Source: Balanoglossus misakiensis (taxonomy: Eukaryota > Animalia > Hemichordata). Taken from it: DNA of 64,000 bases. Location: positions 12,314,987 through 12,378,986 of the forward strand of contig CM082583.2 in assembly GCA_040954595.2 (NCBI GenBank), written 5' to 3'. The translations under genes and the position numbers were made by a program. A model generated the notes under the pieces. It was not told the DNA's origin. It did no database searches and was given only the letters and a program-made list of their open reading frames with translations. Below, one piece after another: positions 40,301-55,120 of this stretch. Numbering within the stretch: the first letter of the stretch is position 1; each line of letters opens with the position of its first letter.

Positions 40301-43300
40301 ATTTTGACCGAGTTCATTGACTCAGAGAGAAGATATTGAACCAAATCATTACGAAGATGACTGGTGCAATGCCAATATCCTGAAGGTAATTCTGCCAAGG
40401 TGTCTTCCAGCATTGCCTTATTTCATGCTGTTGTAATCAAAGATTGACATCCCCGAAGGGAAGTTCTAAATTTAGCTGCATGGGTGCCACGGAACGAGAT
40501 TTGAGGCCTCTACAAAAGCACACACAGAGTTTCCACCCGGTGTAAATTGAGTTAAAGTCAGAGCTAACAGGCTGTAAATGGGGCACCATGGCAGTGCACT
40601 GCCCTTGAAACAAATCCCAAGTTGACTTTTAGACCATCATGCTTGGCCCAGTTTCCACCATCATCATGTACACTTGGCCTAGATTGAGAGGGTAAATTAG
40701 AGTCTTTGTACACTTCAACCTTTTCCAGCTTTTCCCGGAAAAGGTATACCTTTCCCACCGACGTCTCTTCCCTCCAGTGTAGAGCCACCTATGGTATATG
40801 ACCACCTGTTGTCACAGTGATCAGACTTTTCCATTTCCCATGAAATATATAGGGGTGTTGCAAAAAGTCTTTGCAAATGATGGAAAAAACCTGACGTGCC
40901 AATGTCAGTGAGCTCTACAGCTGAGGCATTTCTACCGTAAAATAACTTGAAGGAGGGGGGGGGGGGCTGATTTGGAATAAATGTTGATTGTTAATCATCA
41001 ACTCACACCAGATGGCCACCATGCATTAACGTACACGTAGTATATTTTAACTATTTCCCTATATTTAATATCCATAAAATGAAGACTAATGTATGTGTTA
41101 ATTCTTTGGTGCAAATTAAATCATGAAGTATTGACGTCAAGGGCCGGTTCGGTTTCCCGGGCAACGCTTGCGTATTATGTAACAGATATAGCAAAGTTAA
41201 AACATTTATTGAACTGATAGGCGCTGCTTTTTAATGGGAGTCGCCAACCCTCTGACAGAAAAAAATCAATTCGCCATGACAATCTCATTAGACAACTTCT
41301 GATTTTGAATCCACAGTGGAGCATATTGATTGAACCGAGAACGTGACACCAAGTCACGCTTCAACTTTTTCGCTGGCAACAATTGCGAGTGAAATCATCC
41401 GTACACAAACGACATGCTTCAACTGGACCATGGGGTAACTAAGTTACGAATGGAATCACGGTGACCTCACTCATGACGTGATAAAAGAAGTCTAAATAAA
41501 AGAAGTCATACTCACGGCTTTTTTCTGTGGAAAAGAACATCAATTTCTAAGGCCCCTGCGCTTTCAAAGACTGAATAACTGGCTGATGCAAATGTAAATT
41601 TACCGCATAAATCTGGAAAAGGCGTGTGACAAAAAAGAACAATGTTATTAACAATTTTAAAAGCCAGTGAGTGAGTGAATGAGTGAGTGAGTGAGTGAGT
41701 GAGTCAATGAATGAATGAATGAATGAATGAATGAATGAATGAAACACACCTAATGAAAATTTAATTAGCCAATTTGAGTTAATTCACAATTGGCGTAAAG
41801 CCTATACTACTGTAAACTGACAACTCCTCCACGTACGTACCATCATTGGCCGGTGGCTGCTCCTCATTGGAGGCTTGCATAGCGCGTACTTTGTCTACCA
41901 GAGCGGCCATCCTGGGAGGGCCGGCTGCTTTGGGCGCCAGTGGAGGGAGGGACTTCTTCTTGCCACCCAGCATCGACCGAACTGCAGCATGACGGAATCT
42001 GTGACAGGAAATTGGGAAAGATGTGGTTAGAATTGGGATAATCTGTAGATCACGGGATTAATGCACTATCACTGGGGAAAACATCATGTAAAAAACACCA
42101 TGCGTTTTTTCTGTTGACTGTGTACACTTGGTGAAGCCACTTCAATGCTGCGAATACGGCCAAGAAAGTCGGGAGTAATCCATGCTGAGGTGGCAGAGGC
42201 AATGCAGTGAAAGTCTCTACACAGATTATCACGCAACTCTCACGGCAAAATCTCAGTGAACTTCAGAAAAATTTATACACAGCAACTATAGTCACTGCAC
42301 TTCACTGTGTACACACAACTTTATATAAAAGTGTGTATGAAATTGAAAAAATATAAGTGTGGTATAAAGATGACATCACACATGGCAGCCAACAGACATA
42401 GAGAAGAATTTATCATTTTTTCCTTCATGTTTGGGTACTATACTTACCGAGCTAAAGATACACTGTGTGTTTTTTTGATTGAAAGCAATTTATGAGACAC
42501 AAAATCAGGACATATTATAATGATAGCTATATTTCATAAAAACAGACGTAGAAATAGTCTGCAACTTTTTAACAAGAATTCGAAAGAGGGATCTCTCAAG
42601 CATACATGTACCGGGTAGGCTACATGTATGAATTAAAAACCTGAATGCTGTTTGAGACTTAAATCAGGAAACGGGCAATTAGTGTGAGTGCTGTGGATGT
42701 GCAAACTGGTCGATTAATTTGTCTGTTGGCATGTTTGGCTGTCTGTCAATTTGCATTTCTTTGCAAGTAGCCTGTCTGCATGTAGATATACATGTATGTG
42801 TGTTATCAATCAAATACAAGTTAATTGTTATATGCTTCATATGTCGGCCAGGTTGTCAGCCAATACCGGTACATACGATTCAATTGGCCATCTGCATGTC
42901 GATATGTCTGTCTGTCAGTCTGTAAATGTATGTGTAATCAGTTTTGCCTGATTGTGATTTCAACATCACTAATGTTACCTGATTTTTTTTTTTTTTTTTT
43001 TTGGGGGGGGGGATAAATCAGAATTGGTATCGAACATTTGTGTTCAACTTTTGAAATGATGTATTGCACCCACAGATGGCAGTAGCAGAAACCACTTGAT
43101 ACATTATCGCTCTCGGCTATTTGACAGACTTCATCCTCCATTAGAGGATAATACATAGCTATACATAATAAAATATTAACTTGTTATCACGGCCAGAGGA
43201 AGACATTTGATATTAAGAGGGCGACATATCACATCCCATGCTTGGGGTGATAATCCGGAAAAGGATGTACACAGAATTAAAAAAAGATGAAGACAGCTCG

Positions 43301-46300
43301 ATCTCTCTGAAGAGTCTGCCGGAACGAAAGTTTGAGCAACGAAATATGAGGACGTGTCCGATAGAGACAAATTGTGGCAAGCAGCCTAGTGTTTTCAGAT
43401 TTTGTGAACGTTTATGGTTTGGTGAACTTGGAAACACTGGCCACATTCTAGGTAGGTTTCAAAGGGAATGGTCTGACACAAAAAAAATGTTTGTCGATCA
43501 CTCTGTGCGACTACAATAACTACCACTGACAGAAAATAGTCAACAGTTAATTTTTCTGTGCCAATTAGAAAGCTCGCTTTCTCCTTTCAAGGCGTATTAT
43601 GCAAAACTATAGTAATCTCATTCGCGAGGAGTATGAGCTTCCCATAATCCCTGGTTATATAAGCTTGCAAGTCTCAATGAATACTTATTTCTATCTGAAC
43701 ACATCAAGTTTTTTTTTAGATTAAAGTCACCAAAAAGTAAGACATTCGATCTTCCAAATAGATACAGAAGATTTTCATCACTGTTAAGTATAGCTCTGCA
43801 AAATCTACCTGACCTGTTTTAATCAAAAGCAGTTGCCAGTTAAATAGTAAAACTTTTTGGGTTTTTTTTTGCAGATCATTAATAAAATTAATTGAATGAG
43901 ACAGCCATGTGTGATGTCAAATATCATTAATGGTCAAACTATAACAGAAGCAATTAAACCCCTCCCCATCAACCAAATGGAACAGTCCGCTTGACTGTGG
44001 CACACATTGCATTCTGTGCTCACTTGGAGTGTACCACAGAGCAGCTGAGGGGGGGGGGGGGGGAGTAAAGAGTACAAATCCCTGCAAGTAAAGTTAAATA
44101 TTAACAGAAAAAGAAATTATGAAAAGGAAAATTTACCTGTTTCTGAAATAGTTGAAGTTCCGTGCGTTGTTATAGGTGAGAAAGACGAAAGCCAGAGTTA
44201 TTTATACAGGATACAGGACTACAGACCAGCTGCTCTACAGAAGTGCTTTAATAAACTAAATGTGCTGTGAGGCTCAAAATCCTAAATACAAGAATTAGTT
44301 AGTGCAAACTGCAAATCAGTGACAATCACATGAAAGTATTAAAAGCAATTAAACAAAGAGCAAAAAAGTGTATTGAATCTTTGATTTTTGTGTGTTTGTT
44401 TGTTTGTTTGTTTGTATTGAAGCTAGTATGCTAGTATAGTCTTCAACAGACCCACTACACACACTCAACACAAACTATCCAAACATACCATGTAATTTGA
44501 TAAGAGCATATACCTGCTCTATCATTGGTCGGAAATTTGTTAACAACGTAACTACTTTTTGTCACGCACATTGTCTTTGATATTGCCGTCGTGTTAGCAG
44601 TGAAATTAATCATGCCTCGTGAAGGTACAAGCAGCTCATTTATTTTTCACTTTGAAATCCGTGAATTGGCTTGTGGAAAAATCGGGAATTTGCCACCCCA
44701 CTGGGTTATCGATAAGCTTGATGAAAGTATGTGAGGCTCGTAAATGTACACGATTATACCGCAGGTATGAATGTTTAATTTGTAACAAGACACCATCGCG
44801 AATCTGAAGTCACATTTAGTTCAAAATCCAAATCGATAATCTGTTTGACTTCAGGTCTTTCAAGAAGTCATCAGTTTATTTCTTCTTCTCTTTTTCTGTC
44901 AGGTTCTGATGTAAATACTGAGCAGATCGGCAGCGATTGATCAAATCTGCAGATAGCACGACACTATCAAGATACAGGGAAACCTGTTTATCAAACCCTG
45001 TCTAATCTGGAAACTTTTCCAGTCACGGTCACTTTCACACAGGACAAACTAAATTATATCCAGACGCTTCTCTAAACTGAACAGTTTACTTGTAGTCTCT
45101 AACAGTTTGGTTTCGACATGTTTCACTGTACTGGTACTTTGAAAAAAAAAATGCCTGTAGGAAAATCAGTGGTGTTGTAGCAGTGGAGTTCAAATCCTAT
45201 GAGATAGCTGGGAAAAGAAACTCATTACTCAACAAGTATCGGTACTTGTTTGTTTCTGTTGCTTTTTTGTCAGAAAAAATGTACAGTGCACCAACAAAAC
45301 TCTACAAACACGAGGTATATGTAACCTTAGTTTACACACTGTCAAATTTAGATTTTTTAAATCCAAAGAAAAACCTTCGCTACAAGATGTGGACACAGGT
45401 TTTAGTCGAAAAACAAATAGAAGAAAAAAAAACAGCTAAAGGAAAAACACACACATCTAAAGTTTTTGAAAAGTTCTGCTCTGAACACAATGTTCCTGTG
45501 GAAACTTCCAGACAGAGCAGCAATGGAGGGAGGGAGGGAGGGAGGGGGATTAGTTTTACCTGGCTCTGGCAAAGGACTGTTTTTCTTCAGGCGGAGCGAT
45601 GGCCTTCATCGTATTGCCAGCTTCGAGATCCCTCAGGTGTCTGCAAAATCCAAGAACATGCGGCAAAACAGTTTTTAGTGTGTTAACGTCTCTGTAACGT
45701 AAAACCTGGCATCAAGTTGCTGGTCTACTCTGACAATTAATCTGTTTATCTCGACAACCCCTTGGGTGAGTCACTGAGACAAACTTGCTTCAAGTGGTGA
45801 TAAACTTAACACATATTCTCATAACAGAAAAAAAGTTTTACACGTTCTTACTTCTTAGACGTCATTTAATATTAACAAGTTCTCCTGCTAAAAAGTTTGG
45901 GATTAAATCCTAAACTTTAATGCAAGAGATAACTGTCTTAAACTGCAGATATGAGTATCTATGCTTAAACCTGTAAAAACTAAGAATGTTTTTGATCCAT
46001 AAACAGGCAGATTGATGTTAACGGTTTATCATTGGATTTGACTTCCAGTGTAAGATTTTCAATACAAGAGACAAGATGCAGATATTGAGACAGTACTCTC
46101 ATCATTGCAACTGTTGCATTAATTAGGATACACTGAGTACATGGCAAGAGTTATTTCCCAATTTAATTGTTAATCTGGGCTAATAATGGTCTGCCCCTTT
46201 GTCAGCTAATTGCTGATATTGATTGTGCTGTTTGTGCTATTGTTTATGTTGCCTATTTTTTCTGTATCTGTATGGTAATGAGATGTGACAGTAAGGAGCT

Positions 46301-49300
46301 AAATTTGCTAACCCACATTGGAGTTGGAAACTCGGTTCTGATCTGTTCTCTTCTGTATAATATATGTTCCTGTTATTACAAGTCGAGGTAGTGCTGATTT
46401 CTAAGAGGGTCCCAATTTGACCATTTTTGCTAAAAAGTAATCATTATGGTGTTTCAGCAAAAACATAACCCGCCCCCTCCTTTCTGAAAACTTTACTCCT
46501 TACAAGTGACCCTTACCACTCGGTTAGATAACAGGATGACTTTTGTTTTCACGACTCATGCAATATTTTTCAAACGGATCTAAATAGCTATTCATCGGCT
46601 AATTCCCCAACCTGTGGACAGTTATATGTACAGAATCATGAATAAAAGATGAGGTCTCATTCACTTCGGAGAGATCTGCGGCAGATTAACGGTGTTTCAT
46701 TCCCTTTTATTTACAGTTAGAGTTCTCTGCGGCACAATCACTTCTATTGTCAAGCCAGGCCATTCACGTTGCATAAGGTGGATTTCTCTGGGCCGTGGAA
46801 ATCCATTCTGTCAATGAGCAGCGGACACTGCCATTCTTTGTCACCGACGAAGAAAGTGCGGGGCAGTGTTCGTCACAATAACAAAGCCTTCTGACACTGC
46901 GCCAAGCACAGTGTTATTTTTTTAAAGACAGCTAGGTTGCTTTTGTCAGTAATACTCCTTGTTCTGTGGTTTAACTCTTGTTTTAGAGATGTGTTTTGCC
47001 AAAATAGGGGTGTAAAGGCTGTCCTGTCATATGTTAGCAGGATAATTGACATCAAGAAACGAAATATTCACAAAGTCGTACAAACCAACTTTTTACAAAT
47101 TGTTGAAAAACAACAACTAAGTGATAGACCACCTGTTGATTCTGTACCACTGTTACCAAGGTTACCTATTACACACTCAGGACTCTTGCTGAGTTGCACT
47201 TAAATGACATTTGATTCGATTCAAAACACAAGAAAATTTCAGGTTCTGTGATTATTTTCTGACCAACTGGAACACTGTCCTTCTCAGCTTCGCACAAAGT
47301 CACGGCGCCAAGATGAGTAGGGCCTTTTCTCGCATGGACCCCAAAGTAAACATGCAAAGGCAATTCCGCACAGACTAGCGCCAACTTGCTTGCCAAGTCT
47401 GCTTCTATGCAGGTCATTGTCGTAAAAATAATAATTTTCCCTTACATGTCATTAGTCTTGCCTTCAGATATTGTCTTCAGATTGGCTTGACTGTGAAAAA
47501 AAAAGAGAACAATGATATTAATACACAGGCAACTCACAGGACTTCTGATCAAATCGTAGCAAACCTGCTGAGAACGAACGTACAGTACACAGTAGATCTA
47601 CTAAGGGCCATGCCATGCTTGGCAATCTCACTTCATTTTCACCATCACAGGCTAAAATGGGATGTAACGTTTTTGAAATCAATTGGACAAAAAAAATTAA
47701 TCCCAGGAATTTTGCACCCTAATTGCTATTCATGTACTTGTTTACCGCTTCATGGCAACGTTGAACTGAAATCAATTGGAAAAAGACGTACGTTTGTATT
47801 ATCTAATGCAATTCCTTTCACGGTCAATGCAATAATTTCCTGTGATTTAACGTAAAGAAGGTTCCCTTTGAAAGGAGGCACTCAGATATTACCATCAGAA
47901 AACGTCTCAGGGTTTTTGAAAAGGAACCTCAATCCTCTTAACTCATCTAATCTCAGACGGAGATCCGTGCATGGACTGAATGAACATCCATGGATCGAAA
48001 GATGCTGATCTGTGTTGTAACATTACCAAACAGAACGATGGACGGACGTTCTGGAATTCACCACCTGTCCTTCTGACGGGATCGTGCAAAACACTTGCGA
48101 AGTATAAATCGAGCACGGTGATATAGCAAATGAATTTGTATAAGGATTTTCTTGCAAGATGGGATCATGTTCAGTGGCTTTGAAAAAATTGTGTCATTAC
48201 TAATAACATTCCTCATGAGCATTATAAGACTTTGTTTGGTTTCTGTTTTCAATCAGCAAACAGGCAGAGACATACAGGTCTGGCCTTCATGATTACTGCA
48301 GAAATAACACAAAATGTCAAAACCAAGAGTTCCCATTGCGAGTTAACAAGACACCCAATACATAATCAGAATATGTCCCAGTATATATGATCAGTTTAAT
48401 TCAGCACCGACGTTTGCAGCAAATTAAACTCATGAAATTTTAAATTTTGCAATTAAAACAGAAACCTTTCCCCACTTGCCTCATATTACAGAAACCCTTT
48501 TCTCAGCAGTTATGGCATTAATGGCCAATTCAGTTTTTGGGCCAAGAGGGCAGGCATTGTTAAAAATGACATATAAATTTCCAATTTCATAAATGTCAAA
48601 ACATCCACGATCAACTGTGGTATTAGCAGACTAAATGATGATGTATTGAATGCTGAATGCTTCTTCAGGAGGTGAACACAGAGTTAAATTACGTACAGTA
48701 TTACTGCACCACAAGAATTAAATTACACATTCAATATAGGAACCAAAAGAAACAGTCGAAAGCTATCAAAATTGCGTCAAATTGACAAAGAGACAGAACT
48801 TGCATGATACACATATGAGAGAAAGTGAGAGAATTATAACGTCCATGCAACAAATTCTAAATAACACACGGTAATGTCTGAACAGAAAGAGGTTAGAAAT
48901 GTCAACCTGATCACAAACAAAATACTTCATCCGAGCCAGCTACAATGTACAATACCTTCGGGGCGTGCATATTTACAAAAAAAAGCACGCACTTGTCAAC
49001 TTCAAATCATTTAATTGACATTTTTCTGGTTTTCAGTCTACTGGATTACGTTCATAATTCAATAGCTATCATGGATATTCTTTTTGTGAACAATGACAAA
49101 CAGACAGAGTGTCTGCTCTGAATGTCCTTTACACACAATCTTCTTCTTCTGATGTTTTCGCGACTATTATTCCTCATTCCGCTTTGAATGCACTGATGAA
49201 AACCTGGATTCAATTTACTTCCCTGCTCAACTTTCCCTAATTCCTCCTAAATCAGACAACGAGACAGAGACAGCGAGAGACATGTAAATCTAAACTTGGA

Positions 49301-52300
49301 GGGTTAAACGGATAATGGATGGTCTGACAGCAGGCCATCTCTTGACATGGACACTTGTGTGTGCGACAAGGGCCTGATAGAAATCACACAGGAATGCTTT
49401 TTCTTATCAGTTTCTTCCAAGAAAACCTCTATTGTTCGCAATTCAACGGATGAGACTATGTTTCTTTAAATGAGCACAGGTGTAAAAATCAGTTCTCAAA
49501 AATAAACCACTTGCGCTTGACTTTATCTACTCAGATTTTCCACGAGGACAAACCCTGTACAGTCGCTGTTGCCAGGCGACAACAAACAGTTTGCAAGCTG
49601 GATATACAGTTGCTTGGCGATGTTCCTTTATGGGTGACAACAAATCCAATGTTATTTTTTCTGTTTAATTCTATGTAACAGAGATCTTCATTGTCTGTTC
49701 AATGCTGCATACTAAACCCAGAAGAATAGGTTAAAAACAGGGGATTTAGTTTCTTACTGGTTGAATCTTGCTTTTAAAATGGAACTTCCACTAATATCGT
49801 GTTTATATGCCAAAAGGATAGAGATAGAAGTGAATCTCTGAAAACTTTCCTCGAATCTGATACATGTAGATCTGCTGATGTTTGACCATCACACCTCAGT
49901 GGGGGCATGCAACATTAATGAATTACCGTGGCAACTTGTCACCTGTACTTCAACAAACAAAACATTTCTGGGACACGACATGAAGATGGGCTGTGAATCT
50001 AATGATGCGTTTTATAGCTAAATGGTTCACTGGCACGCTATGGTGGTAAAAACCATTGTTAAAAAAAACGTGATAAATGCTTCTCAGATTGAGGCACCTT
50101 GCCCGCATCCATGCAAACAGGAATGAAGTTTTAATAAGTTACAAGTACGAGACAATAAAGACAGTCAAATTGGGTGTACTTCCAGAAGCATGTGTTAGCG
50201 TTACAAGAGTCTATTCAAGGCCATGCTGGAAATGACTGTTAGCGATACCTGACTGCTACTTCAATTTTCTGATGACAATTAACTAACGTCCCCCCTAGGA
50301 ATTACTCTACACACACAGCCAGCACGACTCGCTTTTGTGTTATTGCCAGAAGGTTGGTTTTTGCAGTGTCCATGAACAAACAAAACACACATCTCCACAA
50401 CAGTTAAGCCAGACACCTTTTTCTTTTTCGTTTCACTTTTTTACTAAGTGCAAACTGTCCACCTCAAAATGAAAACATGTTTTTAGTATACCTAACCCGA
50501 GCAAAGAAGCATTAGCCACTGGCAAACTTTGGACGCTTATTAATAAGCCCTTGTTACACCTACATGTATGCAAATTGGTTCAACTTAGCCAATGATGGGA
50601 TTATGTGACTCAGCGTAGATGTGACGCAGGCAAGGTATCATGGGATACACATGCAGAGAGAGAGGACACAGTTTTAGTTGAAATCGTGTTTTTTTCTTTC
50701 CTCCGACACCTCCAAAGTGTCTCCCCAAGCACCCTACTTTTCTACGGCCATGAATCATACGGACAGACATCGACTCAGTAGGACGTGACAGCTCAGTGTG
50801 AGGCGGTGCAGTTTAAACATGCAATGTGTATTTGCTTTTTTCTGTCTGGAACATTCTGAAGGGACTTGCTTTTGATGTCATCTGTAATGTGGCCAAGCTT
50901 TCAAAAAAACCCATCCATATTCAGTGAGGATGAAAAGATGACGTCAGGTGTACATTCTAGCCTGACGTCAGGTGTTTATTTTTCAGAAATGACTAAAGAA
51001 AATGTAATCATTATCTGAAAAAGATCAGAAGTATTATGACACTAACAAAGACTCATAGTCATGTGAAATGAGAATCGCTTCAAATATTTTTATTTCTAGT
51101 GCTCCCTGAGGATTACAAAATTAATCTAAATAAATATATTCAAATTTTCCTTAGCCATCAGGGGAAATCAACGACTTAAATAAATGATAACCAATTAATT
51201 AGCTAATCGTTTTCAAACAATGTAAATGAAAATAATGGTTCACAATCCCTTCTGTCACAATCTTGTCTCATTCATTTTAAATTCAGAAATTAACTTAACT
51301 GATTAAGTCAACTACTTGTCAATGCACGCAGTCAGTGTATTTGCATCTTTTAAATATTTCATGCCTATATCCAATTACTCAATTCATTGCTTTACTGAAC
51401 TCAATTACACTAGGAATAAACTTGAACCATCTTCACTGGTATTGCCAAAGCGAACTTTTACAGATTGCATATGACTAAAATATTATGGGCGCTGGAAAAA
51501 AAGACTTGTACCAGCTAACTTTTGGAGAACAATTTGAAGTGATTATTGAATAGTGTCATCTGAAGTGAGGTCATAAAAAAATCAAGTCTGTGTGTAATCT
51601 GATGAGCACCCAGACAACATGCTTGAAATTTCAAAGTTCACGGAAACTCTAGGTGGGTGTAACAACTACACCTATGACATTTCGTGTGTAGCAAATGTAT
51701 AACCACCTACAAAATGCCTCCTTTTTAATATTGCAACATGATGTGGCATATCTAAGTCCCGAACGCCGACGATATGAAATATGCCACCTCTCTGCTTGAC
51801 ACTGACAGCCAGCATGCATGTCACGCAACGCAAACGAACAACAGTAGGCTCACTGATGTCACAACCAAGAGTCCTGCCCGGACTGTTCAATCATTCACCA
51901 CTTGTTCTAATTTCCCTCAGCACCCTGTAATATTCTGTCCTCAATTCCTAACTACCCAAATGAAATACCCCAGATATAGATATGCAGGTTTCCTTTCTTT
52001 AAAACTCTGATTTGCTCTTCTTGTTGCGGCGAGCACAATTTGATGAATTAATCAAGGCCAGCTGCTCTGAGATAACTCTTAACACTGCAGCTTTATTGAG
52101 CTGTTCATTTGTCTCTAGCACTGTCTGTCTCTCTCTCTCATCTCTCTCTCCTCTCATCTCTCTCTTACTCTAAATTAACTTCATGCAAATAAATGGCATT
52201 CAGATTTTTTCAGTAACACATCCTGCACATTGTTTTTCCTAAAAGTACCATGCACTCTTCCGACATTTACTGATTCAATTTGCTGATCTTGGTGATAAGT

Positions 52301-52640
52301 TATCTGTCTGCACAGGCAAGAGTATATTGATGTGGAAATGCAAAGCTCAGGGAAAAGCCATCAACAGTAAAATGACACTGGCTGGGAACGTGCGAGTTTC
52401 GCCACAAGATCCAGACATTGTGGCAATTTAGCCCGTTACAATCACGGAGATGATGGCACGCATACCATTTCAAGGTGATTTGTTTACATGCTGGGTGGAG
52501 GTTTGCGTATTTGGCCGCAGGGCCGAGAGATCGACTCACCTTGTGTAGTGCTTCTCAGCTTCTAGTGTGGCCAGTTCCTTCGAAGGGCCGTGAAATACAC
52601 TCGCTCTCGGCCGAGCTCCTCCATTGACAATGCGAACATT
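28370..52640 (-). CDS. Sodium/calcium exchanger (SLC8/NCX-like), 3' part; upstream exons not identified
   Basis: Exons: 52640-52540, 45640-45560 ([10 protein letters not shown]), 41998-41841 ([12 protein letters not shown]), 33297-33160 ([12 protein letters not shown]), 32957-32795 ([17 protein letters not shown]), 32574-32450, 32275-32145, 32000-31910 (Calx-beta 1 and 2), 31456-31378 (TWGDQFR), 30961-30839 ([17 protein letters not shown]), 30656-30581 (GGWPTF), 29373-29220 (alpha-2 repeat [22 protein letters not shown]), 29004-28829 ([15 protein letters not shown]), 28489-28370 (GGELGGP..TAA). Exons between 41841 and 33297 (start of Calx-beta 1) are unresolved. Confidence 0.92.
34308..34624. 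mobile_element. Non-autonomous double-inverted-repeat element (Crypton-like/MITE-like)
   Basis: IR1 at 34312-34454 (AGCAATAAAACACCCCCAGCCATGGTATA...TATACCATGGCTGGGGGTGTTTTATTGCT, arms of about 65 bp). IR2 pairs 34454-34477 with 34601-34624 (22/24 match). No coding capacity. Confidence 0.7.
41667..41722. repeat. (GAGT)n/(GAAT)n tetranucleotide microsatellite
   Basis: Directly visible. Confidence 0.92.
50939..50975. promoter_or_regulatory. Tandem perfect CRE palindromes (TGACGTCA x2) in an NCX intron
   Basis: 13-bp direct repeat TGACGTCAGGTGT at 50939 and 50963. Confidence 0.35.
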
Positions 52641-55052
52641 CTGTGAAGGTTGAAAAAAAGGAAAACCTGAGTCATTACACAGGAAAGCTATAATCATGGT
52701 GACATCTGGAGGGGAAAAGACATTTAATGTCTCAGACATATTGGAAAATTTAATATCCTTCTGTTGTTCGTGTGATCAGCACGAAGTTGGAAAAAAAGTA
52801 ACAGCCCTACCCAGTTAGGTCAATATTTTCAACAAACCGCCTAAAACATGTTTATTGATTATAAAGAAAAAACTGAATTTAATATATGAACAATTGACTT
52901 ACTGACTGTCTAAATATCAAGATTGTATACAGTGTATTGAACTCAATTAGATTAATTTTTAATATCCCGTACACACCTACAGTGTATCATTTTTGTAATT
53001 AATAATTTCCTGTTGTATAGGTACTTGTTATCCTCTTTTATTTCAAGATTGAAGATTATAGCTAATATTTGATCCAAGTGGGTATTTTATTAAGAGGCGA
53101 TTTTGTCATAAAGTTTGTGTCTAAGAAAAAGGTATTATCTTGAAAGGAAAAATATAAAGAGGCGGATTTAGTTGCCACAAAGGACAGCGCCATGTTGATG
53201 GGCAGTAAAGGCAAGCCACGCTTATTCAGTTACTTTCCTGTTTAACTGCTGTCAAGGTCATTTCAAAGTCATTCTCAGACTATTAAAATCTCTCATGTAC
53301 TTCTAACAGCCACAAGCTTTTCTTTTTATCACTTATACTCGCAGAATGAATGCGAAAAACTTTTTCGGCGTATGATGAGAGCCATATCACATCTACTGAC
53401 AGTTGGTGTTTCGAGCATTGCTTCTGGGGTGCATTTTGAGAAACTTTATAAAGGTGCAGGGTATGGTAGATTCTGTCTAACAAGCGCGATGCCTGTTTTC
53501 GTATCGTGCTCCATCTAACACTGATCCCAGTATCATCATGCCAACACATAGTCGCATGTACAAGTGTACCAATTTTCCCGATCTTCACCAGTTGCTAGGT
53601 GAGGACCCTTTGTCAACTATGTACCCAAGACGTTTCTAAGGCCGCATACACGAATTGCTCAAGCAACGCGTGTAAATTAATAACTTGTGACTTCCTAAAT
53701 GTCTTTCTCCCGCCATTCAGCCCACATCGTTAAACAGAGTGATTAAATCTACAAGCAATGGCGTACAAACATCCGTATGATTCGACTTAACGTGCCATTC
53801 AGAATAGACGCGATTTTGATCAATTCTGACTGACATCTCCCCATCAACGTATGCGAATATTCAAGGCCTTCATCCCTGTGTACAGCCATGCGTACATCCT
53901 TTTATTGCTGTCAATTATTCGGCATGCAAGATTTTGATATTTCAAGCCTACGCACGATGCTTCCATTGAAATATTGTCAAGTCCTATTTAACTTTCGCTT
54001 GCCGTGTACCGTGTAGAGTTTTTTGCCAGACAAAAATGATTTATGATTACTTCCCGTTCTAGTCACTGTACTTTTTCTTCATTACTGTTCACACCCCACG
54101 TCTCAATATTCAGGGAAAAAATTATAATTTCCTGAAGCGCTTTTCTAATTCATCATCATAAAAATATAGCTGAGCATGGGCATTGCCCTGGATGTAATAA
54201 TTGTGGAGGGAAAATTTTTGCAATTTCAGGAAGTTAAGCGAGCCTTGCGGAGCAATATTCTCACTGCTGGGTAATGGTCGCACAAATGGAGGATGTTCAC
54301 CTTATGAAAAACCCGCTGCACATTGATAAAACATCATCTCAAAATTACATAATTGGGAAAATGCTCACTTGAAATAATAAATTTCTCTTGTACTGCTTCG
54401 TCTTATTACAAAATCTGGATTATGAGAAGAAAGTCCTTCCATACACATTTTAATACTAAATAAAAAGTCTTGATTTGAAATGTGCAGTCAATTTACATCC
54501 AATATTACATTTAAAAAATAGTACAACTGGTAAAAATGTACACTAAACAGCAAGTATGTTCATAAAGAAAGCCTTTCCCTCATACTAATATAATGTACCA
54601 GTAGTATTATAGATAATTAAATCAGGATTATTGTAGTTAGGCATATAATTACCTCAGCTTATGATGTTATAAATCTAAAACAGATGGGCTGTTGTTACGG
54701 TGGATTAGAAAATCACATTGTGCACTTTGATGAAATTGCAATTTGATGAACAGATGTTACTCTAAAAAAGCAAAACACAGGATTATCAATTGTGAATAAA
54801 TATATGACTCGAGAACTGAAACAACTCATTTATTGCTGATAATTCCATGCATGTAAACAACGCCTAAAGTGTAATATTTAAAATTCATTTTCAGTGCTTC
54901 AACCTCTAAAAACCTTTATTATTAAACGTGCTAGTGATGCTAATAGAATTATGAAGTTGTGCATGTGCTTTCAGTTGTCAAAACTTGTCATTAAATGGGT
55001 TTAGAATTTTGCGAATGCAAGTTCCTGGTGTTGTGAGCAATATAATGTGTAG

Positions 55053-55120
55053 TGTTTTGTTGTGTTGTGTTGTTGTATTCTGTTGTCTTGTATTGTTTTG
55101 TGTTGTGTTGTGTTGTGTTG
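55053..55120. repeat. Degenerate (GTTGT)n pentanucleotide repeat
   Basis: Directly visible. Confidence 0.8.

Noticed and set aside
44137-44142. 6-nt microexon candidate (ttcag|aaacag|gtaaat)
   Set aside because: It would interrupt the ARAR-FRHAA motif, which already joins cleanly; such short matches arise by chance.
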